DNA of 61,096 nucleotides, filler included, from Dugesia japonica (lineage: Eukaryota), in NCBI GenBank assembly GCA_001938525.1. It is 6 parts of 6 records of this genome, joined end to end, with 100 filler letters (N's around TTAATTAATTAA, not from the genome) between each part and the next. Parts side by side here need not be neighbours in the genome. Positions count along the whole stretch, not along the records: positions 52,501 to 61,096 come from MQRL01648561.1; 5 more parts are not named here. One strand, written 5' to 3'. The translations under genes were made by a program, and so were the position numbers. The notes beneath the pieces were generated by a model that made no database searches, was not told where the DNA came from, and saw only the letters and a list, made by a program, of their open reading frames with translations. This document shows positions 60,510-61,096 of the stretch, in pieces; within the stretch, counting starts at the first letter, position 1, and each line of letters starts with the position of its first letter.

Positions 60510-61052
60510 ATGAATAAAAATAAATGTATTTGTGAATATTGTAATAAAATATTACTTGGAAAAAATAAAGCTAGATATTTACGAATTTGATTAAAGAATA
60601 TTCAAACTAATAGTGGTGGTGATGGGAAAGCTCAAGCCGAAGGCGATCTTCAATCTTCTAAATTAACTTCAACAATTTTAAAACAATTTACTTGGGAAAA
60701 ATATCCAGGTGAAAGACATTTATTTAAACATAATTATACTGGTCCCGTAACAAGATTAGATTTAAGATNAGATGAAAATAATAATCCAAAACCTGGAGAA
60801 GAACCAATTAATAGAGTAGACGAAGCAGCTTTTAAACATGATTTATCTTATAAAAATGAAAATATTAGAGATAGACATTTAGCTAATGTAAATTTAATTC
60901 ATGATTTAAATAATATTCCTAATCCTAGTATTTCAGAAAAAGTACAAAGAAGTTTAGTAAAATTAGCAATTAAAGATAAATTTATTTTAGAATCTGGAGT
61001 AAGTCTGAGCAAAGCGAAGACTTTCCTCACAAATTCAAATAGAAATAAGTAG
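60510..61052 (+). pseudogene. Parvovirus VP1u-type phospholipase A2 with N-terminal zinc finger
   Basis: Not in the ORF track. HNYTGPVT (Ca-loop-like), PINRVDEAAFKHDLSY (catalytic HD) and RHLAN; N-terminal CEYC finger with one TGA. Confidence 0.85.
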
Positions 61053-61096
61053 ATGGATAGTGGCGGACCAGAATAGCACACATGCAGAGCCCCCCC

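Larger units (their letters stand above)
54022..61052. mobile_element. Polinton/Maverick copy 3, decayed and rearranged
   Basis: Penton, protease, coiled-coil and membrane-protein block syntenic with copy 1; also pPolB N-terminal domain, MCP and PLA2. Confidence 0.88.

Overview
This is a very AT-rich eukaryotic (animal-like) repeat window with no intact host gene. It is not contiguous DNA: six contigs are joined by artificial 100-bp spacers (44 N + TTAATTAATTAA + 44 N) at 11383, 22221, 31496, 43287 and 52401. Contigs 1, 4 and 6 are decaying Polinton/Maverick (adintovirus-like) endogenous DNA viruses. Between them they encode packaging ATPase, pX-like protein, penton, adenain protease, protein-primed PolB, integrase, major capsid and parvovirus-type PLA2. 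Contig 2 holds a complete, decayed Ty3/Gypsy element (108-bp LTRs, 5-bp TSD), a hAT-type MITE, and Helitron and Gypsy remnants. The main finding is in contigs 3 and 5: two divergent, decayed copies of a giant Ty3/Gypsy retroelement. In both, a Bcl-2-like (BH1-BH2) domain precedes an internal signal peptide and a chuvirus-type glycoprotein. In contig 5 the glycoprotein runs in frame into the aspartic protease, so env lies upstream of and fused to pol. It is followed by RT, RNase H and integrase, then an in-frame second signal peptide + FN3 + Thr-rich region, and finally an EEP-like + REX4/ISG20-like DEDDh nuclease ORF. Contig 3 supplies the candidate LTR/PBS, leader repeats and gag upstream of the same Bcl-2/env cassette. 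All family assignments are by-eye motif recognition; no database search was run.
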